Notes: a model not told the origin generated them from the letters alone. 64,000 nt of DNA from Blastocatellia bacterium (GCA_043783625.1 JAYVZE010000049.1:32656-96655); one strand, 5' to 3'; positions 54,112 to 63,999 are shown, counted from the first letter of the stretch. Numbers and translations: made by a program.

Positions 54112-54453
54112 ATGGTAGAGTTAATTTTAAGTTGTGGGTTAGAAGGTGGTGGCTTTGATCTTTACGCGCTCCCCGAAAATGACGCAGCACTTTTTTATTT
54201 ATCAGGCAGTACAATCTATTTAGACGAAAATGATGACGAGGACTGGCGTTCGTGGGAGTCTGAAAAAGTTGCCGGATGGGAAAATGCTTTGCAGCTTTTA
54301 CAACAGCATCAATGGTGGATAACCATCCCGACATACATTCATCCTGCGTATCGTGCAAATGTTTTGGCAGCCGTTCTTGCGCAAGAAAATATCAGATCAA
54401 CTGCTGTTCGTGAGCGATGGTTACAACACTGTCAACCCGAAGCAGATAAATAA
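54112..54453 (+). CDS. Hypothetical protein
   Basis: 3' part of ORF 53776-54453 from ATG 54112; the upstream part reads through repeats and gene remnants. Confidence 0.55.
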   Translation: MVELILSCGLEGGGFDLYALPENDAALFYLSGSTIYLDENDDEDWRSWESEKVAGWENALQLLQQHQWWITIPTYIHPAYRANVLAAVLAQENIRSTAVRERWLQHCQPEADK

Positions 54454-54505
54454 TCCCACAGCTTGTGGCAAAAATTTCTTAGCTTGTGTTTGGAAACTTA
54501 CTGAC

Positions 54506-54693
54506 TGTCGCCAACGGCGACCAACAATATAGTCCAGTGAGAATCGCTAGGTAGGCTAACGACATTGATAACAGACGCTGAAGGTGTCCAACACTGAAGC
54601 TAATATTTATCGCTCGCCTTCAGCGAGCATTCCTTGCTTCTGTTGCACCTGGCGATGCTCGCCAGGCTATATTGTTCGTCGTTTTCAACGACA
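54506..54693. repeat. REPIN-like long imperfect inverted repeat with internal hairpins
   Basis: GTCGCCAACGGCGAC-C-AACAATATAG...TCGCTAGG pairs with CCTGGCGA...CTATATTGTT-C-GTCGTTTTCAACGAC; inner CGCTGAAGG / CCTTCAGCG. Confidence 0.75.
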
Positions 54694-54759
54694 AGAAGCG
54701 ATACTTAAATTTTCTCAACCAGAATTGTGAATTGATGAAAAATTAAGGGAGGATGCACG

Positions 54760-55854
54760 ATGCCGAAAAAGCAAAACGAAATCACAAAACCAATCAAAGC
54801 CACGAAATCTGCTGTAGCCAAAAACTCAGCTAAAGAAATATTAGTGGGTTATGAAGATTTCCTGCGTGACCTAAAAACAAAGATTCATTCGACACAAATC
54901 AAAGCGGCAATCTCCGTCAACACGGAAATGATTTCTCTGTATTGGGAAATTGGTAAAGAAATTATCGAACGACAAGAAACAGCCGGATGGGGTGATGAAG
55001 TCGTTGATCGGTTGAGTCACGATTTGATGCATGAATTTCCCGCCATGAAAGGTTTTTCCCGCGCTAATCTGTTCCGCATGCGAGCCTTTTATCTGGCTTA
55101 TCGAAGCCAATCTGAATTTGTCGCACAAGTTGTGCGACAAATCCCGTGGGGACATAATTTGATGTTAATGGAGAAGCTCAAAGACCCCATCGAACGTGAA
55201 TGGTATGCGCGTAAAACGTTAGAAAATGGTTGGTCGCGGGCGGTGCTGGTGCATCAAATCGAACTCGAACTTTATGCCCGCCAAGTCGTAGCAAAAAAGT
55301 CGCACAACTTCGATAAAACCTTGCCGCCGCCGGCTTCTGATTTGGTAGCGGAAACGCTCAAGGACGAATACATTTTTGATTTTCTCGCGCTAAGTGATGA
55401 TTACAAAGAACGTGATTTGGAGCGCGGCTTGGTCAATAAAATCAGAGATTTTTTGCTGGAACTGGGCAAAGGCTTTGCTTTTCTCGGCGCACAATATCGG
55501 CTTGAAGTCGGTGGACAGGATTTTTATCTTGACCTACTTTTTTATCATATCTATTTGCGGCGGCTGATTACGTTTGATTTGAAAATGCATGACTTCATGC
55601 CCGAAGATGCAGGCAAGATGAATTTTTATTTGGCGGTGCTGGATGATTTGGTGAAAGCGCCAGATGATCAACCTTCAATTGGAATTATTCTTTGCAAAGG
55701 CAAAAATAGTGTCGTAGCCGAATACTCTTTGCGTGATATAAGCACGCCGATTGGTGTCGCAAGTTATAAAATGAAAAGAGAGCTTCCGGCAGATTTGGTC
55801 AAGGCTTTGCCTGCGCCAGAAGAATTCGAAAAGCTTTTACGCGAAGAGGAATAA
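54760..55854 (+). CDS. DUF1016 / YhcG family PD-(D/E)XK nuclease
   Basis: LYWEIG, GFSRANL, IPWGHN, WSRAVL, LELGKGFAF, DLLFYH, GKMNFY. Confidence 0.92.
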   Translation: MPKKQNEITKPIKATKSAVAKNSAKEILVGYEDFLRDLKTKIHSTQIKAAISVNTEMISLYWEIGKEIIERQETAGWGDEVVDRLSHDLMHEFPAMKGFSRANLFRMRAFYLAYRSQSEFVAQVVRQIPWGHNLMLMEKLKDPIEREWYARKTLENGWSRAVLVHQIELELYARQVVAKKSHNFDKTLPPPASDLVAETLKDEYIFDFLALSDDYKERDLERGLVNKIRDFLLELGKGFAFLGAQYRLEVGGQDFYLDLLFYHIYLRRLITFDLKMHDFMPEDAGKMNFYLAVLDDLVKAPDDQPSIGIILCKGKNSVVAEYSLRDISTPIGVASYKMKRELPADLVKALPAPEEFEKLLREEE

Positions 55855-55868
55855 CAAGGATTTCTAAA

Positions 55869-56642
55869 ATGAATACAAATCAAAAAATCGCCATCGTGAC
55901 CGGAGCCGCGCAAGGCATCGGTCTTGCTATCACCAACAAATTTTTAGCCGACGGTTACGCCGTAGCATTGCTTGATATTGATGCAGAGAAGCTGGCGGAT
56001 ACGGCGGCGGAGCTACACGGTCAACCGATTCTTGCCGTTGCATGTGACGTGTCGGATCCGCTGCAAGTGCAATCCTCCATCGAAAAAATCGCGGCGCATT
56101 TCGGACGCATTGATTCGCTTGTCAACAACGCAGGCGTAGCGGTATTCAAGCCTGCGCTGGAAACTACTTTTGAAGAATGGACGCGGGTAATGGCTACGAA
56201 TTTGACGGGGCCGTTTCTTTGTACGCAGGCTTGTGTTCCGGTGATGCTGAAAAATGGCGGTGGTAGCATTGTGAATATTGCTTCGATTTCCGGCTTGCGT
56301 GCCAGCACGTTGCGCATCGCGTACGGCACGAGCAAAGCGGCGGTGATGCACCTCACGAAGCAACAAGCGATTGAATATGGCAATGCCGGAATTCGGTGTA
56401 ATGCCATCGCTCCCGGCCCGGTCGAAACGGAAATGGCGAAACAGGTGCATTCCGCAGATATTCGCACGAGTTATGCTGATGCGATTCCGCTGGCGCGTTA
56501 TGGAACCGTAGATGAAATTGCGAATGCTGTGACGTTTTTGTGTAGTGATGCCGCCAGCTTTATCAATGGACAAATTCTGGCGGTGGATGGAGGCTTTGAT
56601 GCGTCCGGCGTTGGGCTGCCGAGTTTGCGTGGTAACGATTAA
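55869..56642 (+). CDS. SDR oxidoreductase
   Basis: TGAAQGIG, NNAG, YGTSK, VDGG. Confidence 0.93.
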   Translation: MNTNQKIAIVTGAAQGIGLAITNKFLADGYAVALLDIDAEKLADTAAELHGQPILAVACDVSDPLQVQSSIEKIAAHFGRIDSLVNNAGVAVFKPALETTFEEWTRVMATNLTGPFLCTQACVPVMLKNGGGSIVNIASISGLRASTLRIAYGTSKAAVMHLTKQQAIEYGNAGIRCNAIAPGPVETEMAKQVHSADIRTSYADAIPLARYGTVDEIANAVTFLCSDAASFINGQILAVDGGFDASGVGLPSLRGND

Positions 56643-56646
56643 AGCT

Positions 56647-56726
56647 GTTCAGAGTTACGCGTTTACGCGTGAACGTTTTTAACTGTGTGGCAAAAGGCGT
56701 TCACGCGTAAACGCGTAACTCTGAAC
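56647..56726. repeat. Perfect 29-bp inverted repeat (REPIN-like)
   Basis: GTTCAGAGTTACGCGTTTACGCGTGAACG ... exact reverse complement at 56698-56726; each arm contains ACGCGT-TT-ACGCGT. Confidence 0.9.
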
Positions 56727-56797
56727 GGTTGGATACCAATTTTGTGGCGCCTGCATTAGAATCCCATTTACGAAAAAATCCTTTGAGGAATTATCAA

Positions 56798-56983
56798 ATG
56801 AGCATCAAACCCGAATTGCTGAATCTTATTGTTTGCCCCGCCTGTCGCGCTAAGGTTGAATTGAAAGCCGACGAGAGCGGATTGAAATGCACTGCCTGTC
56901 ATCGCGTCTACCCGATTCGTGATGGCATTCCAGCCCTGATGGTAGATGAAGCTACGATTGAAAATACTCCTGCCGCCGCGTGA
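56798..56983 (+). CDS. Trm112 family protein
   Basis: LLNLIVCPAC...LKCTAC.RVYPIRDGIP. Confidence 0.9.
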   Translation: MSIKPELLNLIVCPACRAKVELKADESGLKCTACHRVYPIRDGIPALMVDEATIENTPAAA

Positions 56984-58050
56984 CCGTTCCTTTATTCCAT
57001 CAATTGCCGAAAGGCTCCCGCGTCTTGTTTATTCGCTTGCGGAATTTAGGCGAAGCCGTGCTGGATACGGCGAACCTTCGTGCGCTGAAACACTCGCGTC
57101 CTGATTTAGAAATCACGATATTAGTCGAAGCGATTTATACCGATCTTTATGAAGGCGATCCTGAACTTGAAGCGATGCCGCTGACTCGTCGTGCGACGGA
57201 CAAGCGCAGTTCGTTGCGGGCGCGGCTAAACATCATTCAGGAAATTCGCCGCAGGAAATTTGCAGCCGTCATTAATTTGCATGGAGGCCCGACGAGTGCG
57301 CAGCTGACGTTTGCGAGTGGTGCAAAATATCGGGTTGGCGCAGCTCATTTTCGCAACGGTTATGCCTATAATTTTCGGATTCCAGCGGCGGAAGAAATTC
57401 TGGTTAGAACAAATCTGCATACGGTCGAATCGCAGTTTGGATGGTTCAAATATTTGGGGTTGCCGAATGAAAAACCGGCAGCTTCGCAGCTTTTTGTGGC
57501 ACCGAAATTTCAAACGGCGGCGCGGGAAAAATTGCAGGCGGCAGGAGTTGATTTTTCGCAAGCCTATGCAGTCCTGGCTCCGACGAATGAATTTTATACG
57601 AAGCGTTGGATGGCGGAACGCTATGCGACGATAGCGGAAAAATTGATTGCGCAGGGTTATCAAATTGTTCTGACAGGCGCACCGACGGCGGAGCAAATCG
57701 CACAGGTAGAGAGCGTTCAGGCAGCGACTTCGCAGCGGCTTGCGGCTTTGACGAATCTAAGCATTGGCGAATTATTAGCAGTCATCGAAGGTGCGAAATT
57801 ATTTGTTGGAAATGATAGCGGCCCCGCGCACATGGCGGCGGCAGTGAAAACTCCGCTCGTGGTTTTATTCGGGCCGGCCAGCTCTGAGCGTTGGCGTCCA
57901 TGGTCGGATGGAAAGACGGAACTCGTGCAAAACCATTTCGCCTGCAATCCCTGCGCAATGTACACTTGTGAGGCATTTGATGAGCCGGAATGTATTCGTT
58001 CCATCACGGTCGAACAGGTGCTGACGGCGATAGAAAAAGTATTACTTTGA
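56980..58050 (+). CDS. Glycosyltransferase family 9 (LPS heptosyltransferase-like)
   Basis: RLRNLGE, KRW, FVGNDSGPAHMAAA, LFGP. Confidence 0.92.
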   Translation: MTVPLFHQLPKGSRVLFIRLRNLGEAVLDTANLRALKHSRPDLEITILVEAIYTDLYEGDPELEAMPLTRRATDKRSSLRARLNIIQEIRRRKFAAVINLHGGPTSAQLTFASGAKYRVGAAHFRNGYAYNFRIPAAEEILVRTNLHTVESQFGWFKYLGLPNEKPAASQLFVAPKFQTAAREKLQAAGVDFSQAYAVLAPTNEFYTKRWMAERYATIAEKLIAQGYQIVLTGAPTAEQIAQVESVQAATSQRLAALTNLSIGELLAVIEGAKLFVGNDSGPAHMAAAVKTPLVVLFGPASSERWRPWSDGKTELVQNHFACNPCAMYTCEAFDEPECIRSITVEQVLTAIEKVLL

Positions 58051-58059
58051 AGTAAGAAA

Positions 58060-58178
58060 TTATCCACGAAGGACACGAAGGAACACGAAGATAAGACAGT
58101 CCTATAGTTACCAATCTGCTGACCCTTTTCCCTTTTGACTCTTCCGCAGTGTTTTATCTTCGTGTTCCTTCGTGGACA
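58060..58178. repeat. Palindromic element (CACGAAG family)
   Basis: TTATCCACGAAGGACACGAAGGAACACGAAGATAA ... TTATCTTCGTGTTCCTTCGTGGA. Confidence 0.85.
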
Positions 58179-58200
58179 GTTAATTCAGAAATCACCAATC

Positions 58201-59193
58201 ATGACTGCTGAAAACATCCAAAAAATAATCAATAATTTTGCGAATCAGAGTTTAATCGTTCTGGGTGATTTGATGCTGGACGAATTTATCTGGGGCGAAG
58301 TGCGGCGAATTTCGCCGGAGGCTCCGGTTCCCGTCGTCGAAGTCAAACGCGAAACCTGGCACGCCGGCGGAGCCGGAAATGTCGTTTCAAATTTGCTCGA
58401 ACTTGGCGCAAAAGCGATTCCGATTGGAGTGGTCGGCAATGATGCCGGAGCTGAAAAATTGCGGCAACGATTTAGTGAGGCCGGAGCTGAAACAAAATAT
58501 TTAATTTCTGACGCTGCTCGTCCAACCACTGTCAAAACGCGGATTGTCGCGCATCATCAGCAAATGATTCGGGCTGACAGGGAAAGCAAAGCTGCGATCT
58601 CCGAAGCCATTGAAGATCAAATCATTGCCGCTTTTTCGGAAGCTTTATCAAGCTGTGATGCCGTAATTATTTCTGATTACGACAAGGGAGTTTTGACTCC
58701 GCGCGTGTTGCAAAACGTTTTGCAGGCGGCGCATGGGAAAATTGTCTGCCTTGATCCGAAGATCAAAAATTTCAGTTCCTATAATCCGGTAACAGTGGTG
58801 ACTCCAAATCAAAGCGAAGCTGAGCGAGCAACGGGAATTGAAATTTCGGACGAAGTTTCTTTATTGAAAGCTGCGCATCGAATTCACGAAATGTTGAGTT
58901 GTCCGAACATTCTAATTACGCGCGGAGAGCAAGGCATGACGTTGCTGAATTTTTTGACTGGCGACGCGCAAATTACCCATATCCCGACAATGGCACGCGA
59001 AGTTTATGATGTGACAGGCGCAGGCGATACAGTCATTGCGACGCTGGCGTTAGCCCTGGCTGCGGGGGCTGAAATTGCCGATGCTGCGCACATTGCCAAT
59101 CACGCGGCAGGCATTGTCGTCGGAAAAGTAGGGACTGCGACTGTTTCCAGAGAAAGCCTGTCAGCAAAAATGATTTCTGGAATGGAGTCTTGA
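58201..59193 (+). CDS. rfaE1: D-glycero-beta-D-manno-heptose-7-phosphate kinase
   Basis: GDLMLD, RISPEAPVPV, SDYDKG, DVTGAGDTV. Confidence 0.93.
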   Translation: MTAENIQKIINNFANQSLIVLGDLMLDEFIWGEVRRISPEAPVPVVEVKRETWHAGGAGNVVSNLLELGAKAIPIGVVGNDAGAEKLRQRFSEAGAETKYLISDAARPTTVKTRIVAHHQQMIRADRESKAAISEAIEDQIIAAFSEALSSCDAVIISDYDKGVLTPRVLQNVLQAAHGKIVCLDPKIKNFSSYNPVTVVTPNQSEAERATGIEISDEVSLLKAAHRIHEMLSCPNILITRGEQGMTLLNFLTGDAQITHIPTMAREVYDVTGAGDTVIATLALALAAGAEIADAAHIANHAAGIVVGKVGTATVSRESLSAKMISGMES

Positions 59194-59271
59194 TTGGCAG
59201 TGTAACCTCCCTTGCACTATTTACACATTTGCCATCCTTTGTGGTAAACTTTACACGATTTTGTCGGAGAG

Positions 59272-59440
59272 CTTCCGCTAACGCTGTTTGCATAACCCAG
59301 AATTGCATTAGGAATCAGCGAGCCTCACTTAATGGCGTGTGCTGTTAAGCGCGACTCCACGCAATGACCCTCCACACGGTTTGATTATTACAACCGTGAT
59401 TCGTGCTTGATCCGCACAGAGGGAGACGTTAGCACCGAAG
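59272..59440 (+). ncRNA. Putative structured 5' leader RNA of unknown class
   Basis: Closing helix GCTAACG/CGTTAGC; stems CTTAATGGC/GCTGTTAAG, CCCTC/GAGGG, CACGGTT/AACCGTG, GTGC/GCAC; extended -10 TG-G-TAAACT at 59242-59250. Confidence 0.45.
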
Positions 59441-59477
59441 TAACTATCATAAACTAACAAGGAGTATTACCGATCTT

Positions 59478-60155
59478 ATGCATAGTCTAAACTTTGTCCC
59501 CCGCACTCTCACCAGTGTCTTGTTTCTAATTATTTTTAGTCTTGGAATATTTGCTCAAACTACGTCTTTGAGTGAAGCATGGAAAACTCGACCTACCGCA
59601 CCAGCTACAGAAGTTTCAGGTAAATCATCAAATACCACTAATAAACCCGCAGAAATCATCAATACCCAGAATTCTCAAAATAAAGATTTACCACCGACAG
59701 TTGCCGCCGCGTGGATTCCTCCCACGCCTATTGAGCCGATTGTGAAAACGGCCGTTCCGGTTTTGAACCTTGAAAAAGAAGTGGCGAAAGTCAAAGCTGA
59801 TATTTTGGTTGTTTCCAGACCAGTGCCAAGTACGGAATTAGTTGGTGTCGAACCACCTCGCAGTTATGAGGCGACAGCTTATAGCCTGCGTGGTATTACT
59901 CGTTCCGGCACGTATGTCCGACGCGGAATTATCGCCGCTGATCCACGTGTCCTTCCGTTGGGCAGTGTTGTTCATTTAAAGGCTGGTAATTATTCCGGTG
60001 TCTATACGGTTAAAGATACGGGGAGCGCAATCAAAGGAAAAAGAATTGATTTGTGGGTTGGCTCTTCGCGTGAAGCTTTTAGTTTCGGTCGCCAAAGTGT
60101 CAAGCTCACCGTACTAAAGTATGGTGGAAAATCATCTGCCAAAAAACGTAAATAA
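59478..60155 (+). CDS. Secreted 3D-domain protein (peptidoglycan lytic transglycosylase-like)
   Basis: Signal peptide; ATAYS, IAADPRVLPLGS, DTGSAIKGKRIDLW. Confidence 0.9.
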   Translation: MHSLNFVPRTLTSVLFLIIFSLGIFAQTTSLSEAWKTRPTAPATEVSGKSSNTTNKPAEIINTQNSQNKDLPPTVAAAWIPPTPIEPIVKTAVPVLNLEKEVAKVKADILVVSRPVPSTELVGVEPPRSYEATAYSLRGITRSGTYVRRGIIAADPRVLPLGSVVHLKAGNYSGVYTVKDTGSAIKGKRIDLWVGSSREAFSFGRQSVKLTVLKYGGKSSAKKRK

Positions 60156-60174
60156 ATAGCATTCTTTCTTAACT

Positions 60175-60216
60175 AAAAATCGCCGCTTAATTTTTGCAAG
60201 TTAAGCGGCGATTTTT
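60175..60216. terminator. Bidirectional intrinsic terminator
   Basis: AAAAATCGCCGCTTAA...TTAAGCGGCGATTTTT. Confidence 0.85.
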
Positions 60217-60236
60217 TATTGAAATTTTACTGAAAC

Positions 60237-61376
60237 TTATTTTACCGAAACTAATTTACCGGGCATTTGATTCGCGGACTCTGACTGATCTAAAGAATTA
60301 TCTCTTATGGGCTCTTCGACCGTTGGTAACGAGGCTGTCAAAAGCCTGGAATCGTCTAACGGGTTTGGCGCTAAGGCATTTAATCCGTAGGCTTCTACAC
60401 CCTTTAGTTTGAGCTCGAATAAGTCAGGTCGGTTGTAATGTCCCGTGACATCCATCATCAAACTTTCTTCACGGATACGATTCAGATTGATCCGCGCCAT
60501 CACAATGGCTTCGTAATCGAAGGCTGGCCCCGCAATATATTTTCCGTCCGGGCCAATGACTGCGCTGCCTCCGTCAAGAATCAGTTTTTCAGGATCGTTG
60601 GCAATTTCTAAAATTGGTTCTAATTCTAACGGCAAATCACGGGCGCGCATGATGGAGCCTGCTGAAACGACGAAGCATCTGCCTTCAAAAGCATATTGCC
60701 GACAAGCAATTTGTTCCATTTCGCCAATGGCAGGCCAGGTGGCGACGTGAATATCCTCACCTGCCTGATGCAGCGCCTGACGAGCTAATGGCGTCCAATG
60801 TTCCCATGAAACAAGTCCACCGATTTTGCCAGCCGAAGTCTTCACCGAACGCAATCCGCGTCCGTCGCCTTGCCCGATCAACAGCCGTTCGCTGTAGGTA
60901 GGCAATAATTTTCGATGATGATTGATGAGTTCGCCGGTCGGCCCAAAGGTTAGCAGGGAGCTGTAAAGTGTCCCGCGCCCGGCTCCGTCTTCGACGCGTT
61001 CGATGATGCCAATCACCAATGTCAGGCGATGTTCAGCGGCAACGGCGGCCAACGTCTCAGTGGTGACACTGGGGACGATGACGCTGTTTTCAATCAACCT
61101 GGCATAAAGTTTTTTGACGGGTGGATGATTCCAGATGGCAACATCGCGGCAAAATTCCAACCACGCCGGGTATCCGGGAAGCCAGGCTTCAGGAAACACC
61201 ACCAGTTGAGCTTTTTTAAGTGCTGCTTCTGTGACCAAATTGAGTGCTTTAGCCAGACTTGCTTCAAGGCTGATAAAAACAGGTGTTGCCTGAACAGCAG
61301 CGACCGTAACCATGCGAGGCATCAGAATTGGTGGTGAAGCGGCTCCATTCATATTAGACATCAGCGCATCCTCCAT
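60237..61376 (-). CDS. Carbon-nitrogen hydrolase (nitrilase family)
   Basis: [26 protein letters not shown] (Ser at the usual catalytic Cys), GHYNRPD. Confidence 0.9.
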   Translation of the reverse strand: MEDALMSNMNGAASPPILMPRMVTVAAVQATPVFISLEASLAKALNLVTEAALKKAQLVVFPEAWLPGYPAWLEFCRDVAIWNHPPVKKLYARLIENSVIVPSVTTETLAAVAAEHRLTLVIGIIERVEDGAGRGTLYSSLLTFGPTGELINHHRKLLPTYSERLLIGQGDGRGLRSVKTSAGKIGGLVSWEHWTPLARQALHQAGEDIHVATWPAIGEMEQIACRQYAFEGRCFVVSAGSIMRARDLPLELEPILEIANDPEKLILDGGSAVIGPDGKYIAGPAFDYEAIVMARINLNRIREESLMMDVTGHYNRPDLFELKLKGVEAYGLNALAPNPLDDSRLLTASLPTVEEPIRDNSLDQSESANQMPGKLVSVK

Positions 61377-61590
61377 TATGGTTCTTCATGGCAATACCGT
61401 AAAACAAAATATCAATCAAAAAAGGGAGAATTGTGGAAGAACCAGCTTATCTGATCTATTGTGTATCATTGCCACAATTTTTTCGCAACAATTTCTTTTT
61501 AACCAACTTAGTTGAAGGCTTAGGTAACGCAAATAAGCGATGGGGCGAGACAGACCAATATCGTACCCATCATTGAGTCGAAACGCAAGC

Positions 61591-61619
61591 TTGACATCTG
61601 ATTCTTCGATGCCTATACT
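61591..61619 (+). promoter_or_regulatory. sigma70 promoter of rpsT
   Basis: TTGACA-17 bp-TATACT. Confidence 0.8.
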
Positions 61620-61670
61620 CTCTGTTTGCATTGAAATCGTAAGCTATTGTCATTCAGGAGAAAGTTAGAA

Positions 61671-61940
61671 ATGCCGAATCATGTATCAGCAGAAAAGCGC
61701 GACCGCCAAAATACCAAGAGTAACGCCGCCAATACGGCGAGTCGTACGAAGCTTCGTGGTGCGATTAAGAAAATACGAACTGCCATCGCAGCTAAAAACG
61801 TAGAAGTCGCGACGACTTTGTTGCCATTAACTGTCTCTGCGATTGATAAGGCGATTCAAAAAGGTGTGCTTCACCGCAATACGGCTGCGCGTCATAAATC
61901 AAGATTGACGAATCACGTCGCTGCGCTCAGCGCCAAATAA
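61671..61940 (+). CDS. rpsT: 30S ribosomal protein S20
   Basis: MPNHVSAEKR...IDKAIQKGVLHRNTAARHKSRL. Confidence 0.96.
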   Translation: MPNHVSAEKRDRQNTKSNAANTASRTKLRGAIKKIRTAIAAKNVEVATTLLPLTVSAIDKAIQKGVLHRNTAARHKSRLTNHVAALSAK

Positions 61941-61963
61941 AAAGTTATATCCGTAGCGGTCTC

Positions 61964-62000
61964 AAAAAGCTGGATACCATCCCATGGCATCCAGCTTTTT
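61964..62000. terminator. Bidirectional intrinsic terminator
   Basis: AAAAAGCTGGATACCA...TGGCATCCAGCTTTTT. Confidence 0.85.
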
Positions 62001-62005
62001 GCTTT

Positions 62006-62848
62006 TTAATTTAATTGCGCCTGCTTTTGTCGTAATTCATGCAAAACTTTTCGGACTTGCTCCTGATCCTGCGCATTGGGCAGAGCCTGTAAATATGCTT
62101 CGAGATCGGGACGTGCCAACGCATATTTTTTCAGTGCGAAATTCACCAGACCGCGATCCCGAATTTCTTCCCTCGAATCAGGGTTCAACAAGACCAGTCG
62201 CTCAATCACTTCAAATGCTTTGTTCAGCTCCCCAGTATTGAAATACACGCCTTTCAGATTTTGGAGCATCCGACTCAGAATTTGTTTTTTGGTGAAGGCC
62301 TTGAGAAAAGAAGGATGGAAGGGAACGCGACCTTGATACATTTCTTCAACTTTTTGGCGGCAATCATTTTCGGTTAAAATTTTCCCGCCGTTGAAGGGAT
62401 CAAAGAAGACTTCACTCGCCGTATCGCTGTACTTGACCAGAAAATGTCCCGGCAGGCCGACACCATAAAGCTGAATTCCCAGCCGCCGCGCCACTTCAAT
62501 AAATACCACCGAAAGAGCAATGGGAATGCCTCTGCCGCGATCAATCACTTCATTCAAAAAACTGTTACGAGCGTCATAATAATCTTTGGAATTACCAGTA
62601 AAACGGTTCTCACCGAATAAATGGTGCGCGAGAATTTCTGCCCGCAGTAATGAATCGCTTAACTCATCGGCAGTCATCCGCCGCCGCGAATTTTCAGCTA
62701 ATTCATCAAGCCGCGAAAGATATTCTTCTACCTCAAGCGAAGGATATTCTTCGGCGGCAATCAACAACACCGCACGATCCAGTTCAATCATTGAATCTTC
62801 AAGTCGAATGGCTGCGATGAATTGTTGACGAGCGGCAGATTTATTCAT
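62006..62848 (-). CDS. SirB1 / transglutaminase-like protein with TPR
   Basis: NSFLNEVIDRGRGIPIALS, GLPGHFL, FDPFNGG, RMLQNLK, EIRDRG. Confidence 0.88.
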   Translation of the reverse strand: MNKSAARQQFIAAIRLEDSMIELDRAVLLIAAEEYPSLEVEEYLSRLDELAENSRRRMTADELSDSLLRAEILAHHLFGENRFTGNSKDYYDARNSFLNEVIDRGRGIPIALSVVFIEVARRLGIQLYGVGLPGHFLVKYSDTASEVFFDPFNGGKILTENDCRQKVEEMYQGRVPFHPSFLKAFTKKQILSRMLQNLKGVYFNTGELNKAFEVIERLVLLNPDSREEIRDRGLVNFALKKYALARPDLEAYLQALPNAQDQEQVRKVLHELRQKQAQLN

Positions 62849-62856
62849 GTTCTCTA

Positions 62857-63999
62857 TTATCTCACGCCGCGCCACATCGCCTGCGTCTGCACACCAACAT
62901 TACGCGTATTGTATTTGCGCAAATATTCCAAATGTTTTTCATCCGTCGGATAGCTTTCGCCGGGGGCATGCGGGTAACTTTTCATTTTGTGAAACGGTAA
63001 TTCGCCGACAGTGTCAGGGCGTGCGGCGTTGATGTCCATATCTTTGCCGAAGCCATCGGCGTAGATCAAATAATCGCGCTTCCATCCTTTGGCGAGAGGC
63101 GGCAATTTGGTTGCGTCGAAATCAATCTGCATCTCATCGCCGTTGCGCGTGATGACGTACATGTCTTCTGGCGCGATCAACAATGCTCGCACATCACCGT
63201 AGCGCGTGTAATTTCCAAGATGCGCTTTCCACGGAGAAGTGGGATCAATTGTGCGGTAGTCGTAGGCTTTCAGTCCAAATTTATCCAGCGACATTTCGCG
63301 TGGGAAGCCGCGCCAATGTAGGTCGGCACTCATCGGATCAAGCTTCGTAATTTGGGTCGGAGCTTTGCCGTTTGTCGTGTCCACCAAAATTTGATCCCAA
63401 TAAATTCGCATGCTTGTCACGATGCGAACGTGCGAATCTTGCGATAAAAATTTGCCCGTCAAATCTACGGTCATCGTTTTGGTGAGTCCGGCGGGAAAGC
63501 CCATTTGCTCAATCACGGTTTGCCATTCGCCGCGTTTGTTTTTGACTTGTAAGAATGGCGGAGTGACCCCCACTCCAGCTTGTGAAGCCGCTAAATTCGA
63601 TGACGAATCAGCATAATCAATCCACGCGGAGAGCAATAATAACGGGCGTTTGGCGTTCAGTGCATCTTTTCCTAAATCCAATTCCATGGCGTGTTCGCTC
63701 GCGTAGCCTTTGAATTTTAACTTCTCAAAATTCGTCGGATATTGCTGATCTATTTTGGAAATCTGGGGCAAAATATTATTGCCTTTATCGTCAATTGCAG
63801 ACACAGGCGGACGCGGAGATTTCACCGAATAAATTTCAAATGGAGTGTACGGCGGCCCCGGCAATAATTTTTCGTTCGGATAAATTTCCGTGTTGGCAGG
63901 ATGGTCTACGGCTAATAATTTTACGGCATCGAAGTAAAGCACTTCTTCGAGTTGATTGTTCATGCGAATCGAAAGTTTGCCATCGCGTTCTTTCAATTG
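62857..63999 (-). CDS. C-terminal part of a CRTAC1/ASPIC-UnbV-associated large protein (5'-truncated by window)
   Basis: LEEVLYFD..LLAVDHP, GFPAGLTKT..VDL, YTRYGDV, GKDMD, LPFH..YP, YNTR. Confidence 0.7.
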   Translation of the reverse strand, partial: QLKERDGKLSIRMNNQLEEVLYFDAVKLLAVDHPANTEIYPNEKLLPGPPYTPFEIYSVKSPRPPVSAIDDKGNNILPQISKIDQQYPTNFEKLKFKGYASEHAMELDLGKDALNAKRPLLLLSAWIDYADSSSNLAASQAGVGVTPPFLQVKNKRGEWQTVIEQMGFPAGLTKTMTVDLTGKFLSQDSHVRIVTSMRIYWDQILVDTTNGKAPTQITKLDPMSADLHWRGFPREMSLDKFGLKAYDYRTIDPTSPWKAHLGNYTRYGDVRALLIAPEDMYVITRNGDEMQIDFDATKLPPLAKGWKRDYLIYADGFGKDMDINAARPDTVGELPFHKMKSYPHAPGESYPTDEKHLEYLRKYNTRNVGVQTQAMWRGVR

